Part shown: positions 48,421-59,417 of the stretch, piece by piece
Position numbering within the stretch: the first letter of the stretch is position 1
Layout: every line of letters begins with the position of its first letter
From: Balamuthia mandrillaris
Lineage: Eukaryota
Direction of reading: 5' to 3'
Length of the DNA: 64,000 nt
Assembly: GCA_031835245.2 (NCBI GenBank)
Contig: JAVKOQ020000048.1
Coordinates: 62,001 to 126,000, forward strand
Notes under the pieces: generated by a model
Databases searched by the model: none
Told to the model about the DNA's origin: nothing
What the model saw: the letters and a program-made list of their open reading frames with translations, nothing else
Translations under genes and position numbers: made by a program

Positions 48421-51400
48421 CTTCTATCATCTTATTCTTATTCTCTTCTGTTTAGAGTGGAGACGTATTCTTCCCAATGAAGAAAGAGCACATCTCCTTC
48501 GCAGAGACAACAAAGGTATTATTCCTGTTTACTCCTTCGGGCTTCAAGTTTCTCATCTTTTCTTTCTCGCTCACATAATAGCACTTTTGACGCTGAGCGC
48601 ACACGGCAAGCATGTCTCATTGTGGAGTGCCAGCGATGGCAGTCTATTGTGGACAGACTCCACCTTCTCCTTTGCTCAGGTGAGCGAGGACCTGCTCTCC
48701 CAGCTGGCCAGCGAGAGTGAGACCCGCGTGCAACAGCGCCTTGATGCTCAGTTTGTGCACGACCTCGATCACGACGGCCAACGAGACATCCTCTTGCTGG
48801 TGCTCGATCAAGTACAAGCTCGCTCCGGCAAAGACGGACAAGTTATTTGGACTTGGTCTGCTTCGTCCTCCTCCCCAAATAACATCAGTGGACGCACACT
48901 CTATCGTCTACTTGTCGTGCCTTCTTCTACTTCTTTAGCTCAGTTGTACGTTATTGGCTTTGAGAAGAGCGGCGGTAATGCTTTTGTGGTCGTTCTGGAC
49001 CCGCACAACGGCAAAGTGTTGCAAAAGGAGAGAACGCTTCGCCTCTTGGATGCCGCCTCTTCCTCTGCTTTGACAGCGGAGAACTGTGTTGTGACGAGCG
49101 CTGGGCCATACCTGGCTTGCTTGGCGGACTCTCTTGTTTATGTGTTGCCGTTGAAAACAGAATCTTCTTTCACGTCAATACCACTTACGGTACTTTAGTT
49201 CTATTGTTTCGTGCACATTTTTACTAACTTCGTGTTCTTCTTCGTTTTAGTCTTTCTTGTCCTCTACTGCCAAGATTAGCGAACAAGCACAACTCAGTTC
49301 GATTAGCGACACAGTCCCAGCTCTTTTGTTGCACTCATCGAAGGGACACAGTGCATTGCTTCTTATCTCTGACGCCGGAGGGCGTCTCTCTATACAGGTC
49401 ATCAAAGAATTCACTTCAGTGGAACCTATTGCGTTCTCTGCCTCCTCCCACATCTCTGGCAAATCTTTTGTTGCAGCAGTCACTGTCGCAGAGGTAACTT
49501 TTGGCTTTCTAGTTTCCTGCGCCATTTTTTCTCTTCGCCTTTTTTTTTTTCGAACAACCTTCCAACTACAACATCAAACAAACTTAACAATCGAACAACA
49601 AAACAACAAAAGCAAAAAAGCACGGTCAGTGTGGTAGACTTACAAAGTGGACAAACAGTATTGACGGAGAGTTATGTTGCACTCAATGCTGAGGAACACG
49701 GAGCCGCTGAGAAAGCGTTTTTGTCCAGTGTTACAGAGAAAGGAAGCAGCAACAGTGACGTTCGTCACAAAATCGTTGTGGTAACCCAAGATCATGCCCT
49801 TACGTTGTTGGACAAGATGGAAGGGACCTGGACCAGAGAGGAGGCCTTGGCCTCTATCACGCATACTCAGGTCATCGGTCTTCCCGCTGAGGTCGCTGTG
49901 AGACATGCCTTACAAAAGGAGTTTGGAATAGGTCTCTCTCTCTCTCTCTCTCTCTCTTTGGCTCTTCTCTTCTGGTGTTCTTCTGAACTAACTGATGAGC
50001 ATTATATTAAGACGAGGGAGTGGTTGGTAACTTTGTGCGTCGTATCAAATCTCACGGACAAGAATTACTCGTACCGCTTCTCTTCTAAATCGTTTTCTTT
50101 CAACACAATATCTAACAGCAAACAAATGCAAAAACAAACCGCAGGAGTCAACGCAGCGCCTTATTGCCACTCTTTCTTCATCCTCCGTCGACAAAGTACA
50201 TACCAGTGTAGAAGACGCCTCCTCCTCCGCCGCACTCACGCAAGACAAGTTTGGCCTCAACCGACTGATCGTGGTGGCTACCTCTGCTGGCAAAGTATTT
50301 GCGCTGCGCTCCACTGATGGCACCATCTTGTGGCAACGCTTCATCCGTGCCACCAATGATCATCTTTATCTCTTCCGCCCAACTGCTCTCTATGTGAGGC
50401 GAAGCTCTGCACATCCGCCTCCGCAAGCCGTGTTGATAGGAAGGCCTAGTGCTGCTTCTGCCTTTGCCAGGCCAGAGGAAGATGCCGTTGCGACCGCCAT
50501 CGTTCTTACTTTGAATCTTTTAACCGGCGAAGAGGAACAACAAGAGCAACAACAAAGAATGGAGTTGAACCAAGTTGTGGACCAGAGCATTCTGTTGCCA
50601 GCAGTGGACCCACTCAGCTTTGCTCATCCTGTACTTTTGATGTTGGACGGAGGCAAAAGCGTGACCTATTACCCCAATAGCCCGGCAACTAGGGAACTGA
50701 TCCAAGCTCATCACTCCTCTGTCAGCTTTTATCTGGTCAAGACAACGAGTCGCGATGATGGCCACGATAAGATTGAAGGCTATGGTCTGACGAAGGACCT
50801 TCGAGTCGTTCCTACATGGAACGTGGAGTTTCCTTCTTCTCAGGAACGAATCCAAACGATTGCCTCTCCTCAACCTGGAGAACACGTTGCTTCTCCTGTG
50901 GTCGTTCAGGTATGCTCTTCATTCTGTTTGTTCTTTCTTACTCCTTCTGACCAACTTTTTCTCCTGTCTGTTAAATTATTACGTTGACAGGGAGAAAACA
51001 ATGTGATTCGTCCGCGGTACATCAACTCAAACATGTTTGTGGTGGTGACTTATCTCCCCACCATATACGACTCTGCTAACGCCAAAACCACCTTTGACTC
51101 TACAATCAATGTTTATCTGATAGACGCCGTTAGTGGGCGTGTTCTTTATGATACCTATTACAAGTACTCTCTACCTCTCTCTAATTCCTCTCTTATCTCT
51201 CATTTATTTCTTCTTCATCTAGAAATGCGCAACCGCCAGTGGCAACACTACAAAGCGAAAATTGGGTCGTTTTGCAATACTGGAACTGGAAGAATCATCG
51301 CTACGAAATGACTGTGTTGGAGCTCTTCGAGCCGAGTCCCATTCAATGGCAGTCCTATCGCTCCACCTCTGCTCTATCTCAATCATTCGTATCGCTCTTC

Positions 51401-52223
51401 CTTTCTTCTTCTTCTCATGATTATTTGCATTCATCTTCTTTCTCTGAGGAGAAGAAAGGCAAATACTCAGCTTTCGATATGCCTCCTCCTGTTGTTGAGC
51501 AACAATCGTACGCATTCCCTTCTGGCGTGAAGCGTATGGCTGTAACACAAACCACTCGCGGCATCACCAACAAATACATCATTCGTACGTTCTTTTCTTT
51601 TTGTTGTTCCGTTTTGTTAATATCTTATTTTTTTGTTTTCGTGTTTTTATCTTCATGATTGTTAATGTTTTGCATAATAACTTTGCTGACAAAACATCGT
51701 GCTTTCTGCAACAATAATATTCGAATACAGTCGGCCTAAGCTCAGACAGATTGCTCACTTTGGACAAGCGCTTCCTCAACTACAGACGCAAAATGAAGGA
51801 GGACATCACCGCCGAAGAGAAGAGCGACGGCGTCATCCCATATTCTCCCAACCTGCCCTATCGTACAGTCGACATCATCAATTACAACCACACAGTTACG
51901 TTTCTTTCCTTCATTACTTTCTTTCCTCTTTCTTTGCTTATCTTTTAAATGTTTTGTTAATTTTTGTTTTTTTAAAAAAACCAAAGGTTTATAATTTGAG
52001 GAACGTGGTGACGTCTCCTACTTCCCTGGAGTCCACAAGTTTAGTGTTTGCTTACGGCCTTGACCTGTTTTTCACGCGCGTCACTCCCTCCAACACGTTT
52101 GACCTGCTCAATGAAGACTTTCAGTACAACACTCTTATCATCACAATCTCTGGTCTGCTGATCATGAGCGTCTTATCCACTTGGCTCGTTCGGAAAAAGC
52201 ACCTTGCACGCAGTTGGGCCTAA
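48028..52223 (+). CDS. EMC1: ER membrane protein complex subunit 1 (multi-exon; start 48028 or 48064)
   Basis: Signal peptide then LYADQAGKLDW, WTREEALASI, DKFGLNRL, TTRGIT and PTSLESTSLVFAYGLDLFFTRVTPSNTFDLL, ending in a C-terminal TM and LARSWA. Confidence 0.95.
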
Positions 52224-52460
52224 ATCTCGTCTATTTTTTTTTTGTTTGTTTGTTTTTTCTCGAGATCTATTTATTGTCAAAAGAAAATATTTGTTGATTT
52301 TTAATTAGTCGACAATTTATTTTACTGAAAAACGATTGGGTGGATCATTAGATAATATCAATAATCGGTCAATCTTTTCCATGAACAAAAGGCAGAATAA
52401 AAGTATTGGCCGTCGAATAAAAAAAAAAAAGAACCTTACTTGAACACAACCCAGTCAGTG

Positions 52461-55400
52461 ATGAGTAGCGCAAGTAAGGGTCTTCCGCAACACTTGAGCT
52501 GCGTGTGGGTGGGCCAACGCTTTCGTGGGTCGGCTGGACAGGAAGAGGAGGCCTCCGAACCGCTGTTATGGAGCTTGACGTTCATGCCTGACACGAAACG
52601 GTATCCTTCGGCCTATGGAGCCGCCTGTTCTTCTGCTTCCATCTCCTCCTCCTCTTCCTCCACCTCGAGCGACACCAACAGCACTGTGAGTGCAGCCGCT
52701 AGGCCGAGCATCTTGCAAGGCACCTGGGACAGAAACGCAGCAACCCTCAAACTCAAAGAAACTCTCTTCTCGCAAGAACACGACGGAGGCAACTGCATCA
52801 TCACGAGGGAGTACAACGGCTCGCTACGCATCGAAAACGGAGTGCTCTGCATCGTTGGCCAATGGAGCTACAAAGAGGAAGGCACAACGTCACAAACCCG
52901 AGCGGGGGGTAGGTTGTTGTGCGTTCGCGAAGAGGACGATGCGAGGGTACATACGTCTGGGTTATGGGTCGGCCAATCCGTTCCCGACCCTTCTCTTGCA
53001 GAGTTCTACATCCCCACCAATCCCATACGGTGGTCCCTTTGTCTTCTGAACGAGAGCGCTCATGCCTTTGGTTGTGGATACTTTGACGACTCGGCGGACG
53101 TCCCCAACCGGCCATTACTCTTCTTCACGGTACATGGTTCTTGGGATGCTGACAAGAAGAGAATTCATCTCGTGAAGCTCTACGAGGAGTTGGAACAGAC
53201 CGCTGGATACGATGTCATTTATGAAGGTTTGCTTGACGTTATGAAAAAGAAAGTGAGTATGAAGGAAGGGGAGGAGAAGGACAAGGAGGTTGAAGCTGAA
53301 GGGGCAGAGGTAGAAGAAGAGCTGTGGCTACGAGGAGAATGGAAGAATGCAAAAGCGATGACGTTTGGACAGTTTTCTTGTCGCTGCTCTTCTCTCTCTC
53401 ATTCCTCAGCTACTGCTGCTGCGTTGACCTCTGCCACTTTGTGCCTTTGTGACGTTTGTCAGCAAGTTATACGACCAGGTGACATCCGTTGGAACTGTGC
53501 CACTTGCTTGATGTCTTGGAACTGTTGCAGCGGCTGCGTTGTAACTTCAGGGAACAAGCAACAAACAGTTCATCTTCCTCATCACGAGCTCGTTCCAGAG
53601 ACAGTTTACCTACAAGAGACAGCAAGAGGCGCGTGCTCTTCCGAAGTCGCCTTGGACGCCTTTAGGCGATTCGAACGACGACCCTTTCTCGCCTTTCGTC
53701 CTCCTTCATCGTCTCCCTCACAACAAAAACATTCCAAGAATGAAGCAAGTGATGGTGGCTTCACTTGGTTGACTTATGGAGAGGTGGGTCATCACTGTGC
53801 CAACGTATTCTTTGCTCTGCGAAACCAGAACTTCTTCGCTGAACAACAGCAACAAAAAGGCAGCGTTGCTTTGTTGTGTGCTGACCTTTCACCTGCTTAC
53901 ACCGTCGCCATGGTTGGCGCATTGATGGCAGGATGCATCTTGGTTCCTGTTCATGGTGGCTTAGATAAGGAAACGTTGCGCCACATCTTGGAGAAGACAC
54001 AGCCGACAGTGTGTTTTGTAGGAAGCAACTATTTGGAGAAAGTGGCAGGAGTATTAGGAAACCTCTCTAACGACTCCCATTCTTCTACGATAGGAACAGG
54101 CACACCTCTCGTTGTAGAAATAACGACGAAAGAACTACCACCTTTGATACGCTCTAACGACGATAGCAACAACGAAGAATGCGACCAAAAATCCCTTCTT
54201 TCCTTGGATGAGTTTCTTTTTGTTGGGCAAGAGGCATACATTCAACTATCGCAAAGAAACTCTTCTTCTTCCCGTCCTCCGTTACCATCTGCTTCCTCTC
54301 CTCCCATCTCTTTGATTACGGTTCAACGACGTTCATTGGAGGACGTCTCCTCCATTCTCTTTACCAGCGGCAGCACTGGTATTCCCAAAGGAGCTATCTT
54401 CACTGAAGAACTCATGATGCCAAGCGAGGGAGTGGCTAACATCCAACCATTTATTCGCTTGGACTTTCAAAGCTACGACCCTAGTTTTGCTTTGTCTCTG
54501 CTGCAGACGATGATGTGCGGTGGACAGCGCATTTTTGCCAACAACCTTCAGACTTTGCTCGATGACTTTCGTCTGGGAAGGCCCACTCACGTCGGTGCCA
54601 CGCCAACCTTTTGGAACTCTCTGTATCAAGATTACTTGACTCGTGTTTCGAAAGGATGCATCACTGCTCAACAGCAACAAGGTGACGTGATACAACCGGA
54701 AGAACGAGAAAGAATTCGAATGGAAGTGACAGAGAAAGTGGCGGAGGAGATGAGACGAATGTTGGGCAACAGGTTAGTAGTCGCTACGTCAGGCGGAGCT
54801 CCCATCACGCCTCAAGTTCTCGACTTTGTGAAAGATAAGCTTCGTATCGATATTGTGGACCTTTACGGCTCTCGCGAGACTGGTGGCATCACGCGTGACG
54901 GAATCATTTATCCTGGAGTGGACGTTCGGTTGATGTCGGTGCCTGAGATGGGATACTTTGCGGATGGACATCCCCCGCAAGGAGAGATATGCGTACATTC
55001 CCCACGATGCATTCCTGGTTACTGGAACGATGATGAGCTGAACGCAAAAGCATTTGTCTTGATAAATGGAAAGAAATACTACCGCACCGGTGATATCGGT
55101 CAACTGCAAACGACCACCACGGGTGCATCCTCTTCTGTTGTGGAAAGACGGTTGAAAGTAATCGATCGATGTGGAATGTTCATAAAACTGGCACAAGGCG
55201 AATGGATATCGCCCACGCATATCGAAACGATTTTAGAGCAGTGCCCTTGGATAGAGCAGGCTTTGGTGCTAGGCTCCTCTTCGCAACCATGTACAGTGGC
55301 AGTAATTGTTCCTTCCTCGCATCTGCTCTCCGAATTCTTTCACGTAAGCGAGAAGATGGGCTTGAAGGAGGAAGAGGAAGATGCGAATGACAACAAGTGG

Positions 55401-57233
55401 GCAAAGATTGTTTTGGACAAGATAAGAATGTGGGGAGTGCATCATCATCTGCGACCGATTGAGATACCTCAAGCTGTTCATTTGGAGAGAGCTACATGGA
55501 CGGCGGAAAACGGTATGTTGACGGCAACGGAGAAGAAGAGACGCCAAGTTCTTCAAGCTCGATACAGATCTGCCAGGGATGCTCTCTACAAGCAACTCCA
55601 AGAAACGCTTTCTGCATCTCCTTCAGATGTGCTGAGCGAAAGTTTTCTGGATCTTCTTCGTGAAGTGATGCCGCTGATGGGCACTTCAGTCTCTCCTCAA
55701 GCCACCTTTGCAGAGATTGGAGGCGACTCATTGACTGCTGCTCGCTTCTGCAATCGTTTGCGAGAGACGCACGGCATTACCATTCAGCTGTCCACGTTGT
55801 TCGACTATCCACTGGCTCACATATCTCGCCTCGTCTCGTCGTCCACTGCACCAGCTGCTTCAAGCGATGACAAAGACATGACAAACATGATTCAGCAACA
55901 ACTCCTCGTTGCTTCGTCGTCAACATCAAGCAACAACGATAGCAGACAAAGACGACGCCAACATATAATTGATTGGGCCAAGGAATGGTCGCTTCCAAAC
56001 GACTTACCTTCTTTAAACCTTCGCAAGAAAACCCACTCCCGTCCGGTGGTGTTGGTAACTGGTTGTACTGGCTTCTTGGGCCCATTCCTCGTCCAACACC
56101 TTCTTCGCCAGCACCCTGCTGACGCCCACTTTTACCTACTCGTTCGAGCTTCTTCGGATGCAACAGCATTACAGCGCCTTATTCAAGAGTATGCAAACGA
56201 CTTTGAAGAGATCGCAACATTGCTTTCTTCTGCATCTTGTCGGAGCAGAGTGACGGTTTTATGCGGTGATGTCTCCAAGGAATGTCTAGGCCTAGACAAA
56301 CACATCTATCAACGCTTGATTGATGGGGAGAAAGAAGGTGATTGTGGAGTAACTGAAGTTTTGCACAGCGGGGCTTGGGTTAACATGGCGTTGCCATATT
56401 CAGCCTTGAAAGCTAGCAACGTATCCGGAACTCTCCATGTGATCCGGTTTGCGCTTTTGGCTGGTGCTCGGGTGCATTACGTCTCCACAGCTGGGGCTCT
56501 CTCCTCAACAGCTGCTTTGAGTCAAGACGCGGAAGACTGGATGTTGCTTGATCCTTCGCAAATCGAGGCCAAAGAGGATGGTTACTCCCAAAGCAAAGCC
56601 ATCGCCGAAATGCTTCTCTATAAGGCCCATCAGCATTTAGGATTGGATGTGCGAGTGCATCGCCCGGGTCCTATCTCGGGAGACACCATCAGCGGCGTCA
56701 CAAACCCACATGACTTTGTGTCGTTGCTGCTTCGTGCTTGCGTCCTTCTTGGCTGCGCTGTTATGGACACGACCGTTGTGCTACATTGGACCCCTGTCGA
56801 CGTGGTTGCCAAAGCTATCGTCTCTTTGATGACGATCAACAACGAAGTGAAAGACGAGGATCAGCGAGTGTTTCATTACATGAATCAAGGACCAGCGTTG
56901 TCTATGGTGATGGCAGAACTTGTTAAAGCAGGCTTTTCCCTTCGTAATGTCAGCTCGGAAGAATGGAGGGAAAGAGCAAAGAAAGAGCTCACAATGGAAC
57001 GCGATGAGCGACTGTGGCCTCTCAAAGAGCAGCTGTGCGGGTTTGAGTGGAAGCCAAAGAGTGGTGCAAGTGGATGTTTACCAACGGTGAGAACGAAGGA
57101 GACGCTAAGGAGCTTAGGCAAAGATGGTGGTGGCTGGAAGGAAGAGGATTGGGTGGAGGTAGATGCTGCCATCGCAAGGCGCTACATTGCGTACTTGGCA
57201 AAGGTTGGTTTTCTCTTTAACAATCAACAATGA
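52461..57233 (+). CDS. Carboxylic acid reductase-like NRPS-type enzyme (A-T-R) with tandem N-terminal domain and ZZ-like zinc finger; intronless
   Basis: A domain: FTSGSTGIPKG, YGSRETG, YYRTGD, IDR..FIKLAQGEWISP and MLTATEK. T domain: EIGGDSL. R domain: VTGCTGFLG and YSQSK. Confidence 0.92.
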   Translation: MSSASKGLPQHLSCVWVGQRFRGSAGQEEEASEPLLWSLTFMPDTKRYPSAYGAACSSASISSSSSSTSSDTNSTVSAAARPSILQGTWDRNAATLKLKETLFSQEHDGGNCIITREYNGSLRIENGVLCIVGQWSYKEEGTTSQTRAGGRLLCVREEDDARVHTSGLWVGQSVPDPSLAEFYIPTNPIRWSLCLLNESAHAFGCGYFDDSADVPNRPLLFFTVHGSWDADKKRIHLVKLYEELEQTAGYDVIYEGLLDVMKKKVSMKEGEEKDKEVEAEGAEVEEELWLRGEWKNAKAMTFGQFSCRCSSLSHSSATAAALTSATLCLCDVCQQVIRPGDIRWNCATCLMSWNCCSGCVVTSGNKQQTVHLPHHELVPETVYLQETARGACSSEVALDAFRRFERRPFLAFRPPSSSPSQQKHSKNEASDGGFTWLTYGEVGHHCANVFFALRNQNFFAEQQQQKGSVALLCADLSPAYTVAMVGALMAGCILVPVHGGLDKETLRHILEKTQPTVCFVGSNYLEKVAGVLGNLSNDSHSSTIGTGTPLVVEITTKELPPLIRSNDDSNNEECDQKSLLSLDEFLFVGQEAYIQLSQRNSSSSRPPLPSASSPPISLITVQRRSLEDVSSILFTSGSTGIPKGAIFTEELMMPSEGVANIQPFIRLDFQSYDPSFALSLLQTMMCGGQRIFANNLQTLLDDFRLGRPTHVGATPTFWNSLYQDYLTRVSKGCITAQQQQGDVIQPEERERIRMEVTEKVAEEMRRMLGNRLVVATSGGAPITPQVLDFVKDKLRIDIVDLYGSRETGGITRDGIIYPGVDVRLMSVPEMGYFADGHPPQGEICVHSPRCIPGYWNDDELNAKAFVLINGKKYYRTGDIGQLQTTTTGASSSVVERRLKVIDRCGMFIKLAQGEWISPTHIETILEQCPWIEQALVLGSSSQPCTVAVIVPSSHLLSEFFHVSEKMGLKEEEEDANDNKWAKIVLDKIRMWGVHHHLRPIEIPQAVHLERATWTAENGMLTATEKKRRQVLQARYRSARDALYKQLQETLSASPSDVLSESFLDLLREVMPLMGTSVSPQATFAEIGGDSLTAARFCNRLRETHGITIQLSTLFDYPLAHISRLVSSSTAPAASSDDKDMTNMIQQQLLVASSSTSSNNDSRQRRRQHIIDWAKEWSLPNDLPSLNLRKKTHSRPVVLVTGCTGFLGPFLVQHLLRQHPADAHFYLLVRASSDATALQRLIQEYANDFEEIATLLSSASCRSRVTVLCGDVSKECLGLDKHIYQRLIDGEKEGDCGVTEVLHSGAWVNMALPYSALKASNVSGTLHVIRFALLAGARVHYVSTAGALSSTAALSQDAEDWMLLDPSQIEAKEDGYSQSKAIAEMLLYKAHQHLGLDVRVHRPGPISGDTISGVTNPHDFVSLLLRACVLLGCAVMDTTVVLHWTPVDVVAKAIVSLMTINNEVKDEDQRVFHYMNQGPALSMVMAELVKAGFSLRNVSSEEWRERAKKELTMERDERLWPLKEQLCGFEWKPKSGASGCLPTVRTKETLRSLGKDGGGWKEEDWVEVDAAIARRYIAYLAKVGFLFNNQQ

Positions 57234-57769
57234 ATGTAACGTTGTAAAAAGAAAGTCCTTTTTTTTGAATTATTGAGAAAAACAAGATCCAGTGTCATCT
57301 CTGGAAGGAACTTAAGAAGTCCTAGTGAATGACGTTATGATGAAGACGGCGGGGAGATGGCGATGGCAAGGACACCAAGTTGAGCACTTGAAAGAAGCTT
57401 TGATAGAAGGGAACTGACCTTGACAAAAGAACAGGACAATGTGGCCTTGCTCTGCTTGGTGATAATAGCAGTGTTCCAAAGTGGAAGTGTGACCATGTCG
57501 AATTCGGTGCAGAGCAAAAAAGAGCACCAACTCAGGAGGAAAGGTGCCTTCCCATTTATTTTACCGATGACCCCTCGTAATGACAAACAAAACATATTTC
57601 GAATTTTATGACCCCTCAGTGAAAAAGCCAATCATGTTTGGGGGGTCATTAGTGAAGTTCTTTTTTTTTTTTGTTTGCGAAAGCGAAAGAAAAAAGAGAT
57701 AGAGTTCCTCCTCCTCCAGGTTCTTCTGCTCCCTTCGTTCATCTTCGTCCAAAGACAGACACAACGCCA

Positions 57770-58912
57770 ATGACTTCAGCAGCACGCCCCACGTTTTTTC
57801 CTGCCAAAGGAACAGCCACCAACACAAGGGCAGCTCCCTCCAGGCAGACCTCTGCCAAGCAGCAGCCTGGCCACACCAAGCTCAAGGTGAGACAAGCGGG
57901 TCAGGCCAGCAAAGAAGAGGTCAACCAACGAAACCTCAAAGAGGAGCTTGAAGAGAGAGAACGAAAACATTTCGACAGCAAACGTAAACATGGTTTGTTC
58001 TTTTTTTTCTCAAGCCGCAACCAGCGTACTTTTTGATTAATACCCCTGATCGCCAACAATAATGCTAAATCAATCAACCACTCAGATGATTTGGTAGAGG
58101 GGGTGGCAAGATTGGAAGCGCCGAAAGAGCTCAAACGGCTGAAGGCTACCAGTCATGAGGAGGAAGAGGAGGAGGAAAGAGAGAAACAGAAACAGGCCTC
58201 CACCAAAGCTCCCTCCAAACTGGACGACATAGATGCGGATGACACTGACTCGGACGACTCGGATAGCGACTCTGACAGCGACTCTGACTCGGACAGGTTC
58301 TCTCTCCCTCTCTCGCTCATTTGTTTTGTTTTGTTTTGTTGTTCTTTTATGTGGTTATTTTTTTTTTTGTTGTTGTTTGGTGTTTGTCTTTTGTTTTGCT
58401 GTGTTTAAATGATATGACGACTTACCACAATAACAGTGACAGCGAGGACGAAACGGCGGAACTTATGAGAGAGTTGGAAAAGATAAAGAGGGAGAGAGCA
58501 GAGGAACAGGCCAAGCAGGAAATTGCACAGAAGGAAATGGAAGAGCGGAAGGAGTTGGAGGCTGTCAGATTTGGCAATCCCATTGGAGCTACCAGCGACT
58601 CCACTGTAAAGAAGAAGTTAGTATTATGTTCCGTTTGCTCTTCTCATTCTTTCTCGTACCCCCTTGTTTCTTCTCTCACGTTTATGCTCTTCTGCTTTCT
58701 GCTTTCTGTTTGCTGTTGCTTTGCTATATGCTTGTCTATCTCATGTAACAACAACTAACTGACTCTAAAATGCGAAACAAACATAAAGATGGTATGAAGA
58801 TGTGGTGTTCAAGAACCAAACAAAGGACGCACCAAAACCTCAAAAGCGGTTTATCAACGACACCATACGAAACGACTTTCATCGCAAGTTTCTTTCCAAG
58901 TACATCAAGTAA
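57770..58912 (+). CDS. CWC15: Spliceosome-associated protein CWC15 (multi-exon)
   Basis: [47 protein letters not shown] and [15 protein letters not shown]. Confidence 0.96.
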
Positions 58913-59417
58913 AACGTTGTTATTCTCCTTTGCTGAAGAGAAGACCATCAGTGATGAGGGGGAAAAAAGAAGAGAGAAGAGAGATGAGAGAAGAGAGGAG
59001 AGAGAGAGAAGAGAAGAAACAGAGAGGACTAACTCTCGTAGATAGAACGGTCGTTTTGTCGACATTTCGTTGCGGCTGCGGGAAAACTCCGTCCACGCCT
59101 ATGAGCTGATCTCCACACCACGCCTAATCAAAGCTTCCGTGCCATCCGCAGCGCTTCACGCTCAATTAACGGCCAATTCGATTAGCAAAGCAACAGACGA
59201 GGTTGACAGCAACGAGAGGAGGAGGGAGAAGGCAGGCCTACGAAGAAGAGGAGCCTCCACCCAAGCAAAGAGGAGTTGCTGTTTGTGCGGCCTCATCGGA
59301 GTTTTTTTTTTTGGTGTTTAAAAAAAACGTTGTTTGTCCTTTGCGAAAACAACAGACGAACGGATAGGAGAAACGGCAATAACGGTCACAAAATAAAAAG
59401 ACCGGAGGAGGCCCAGG

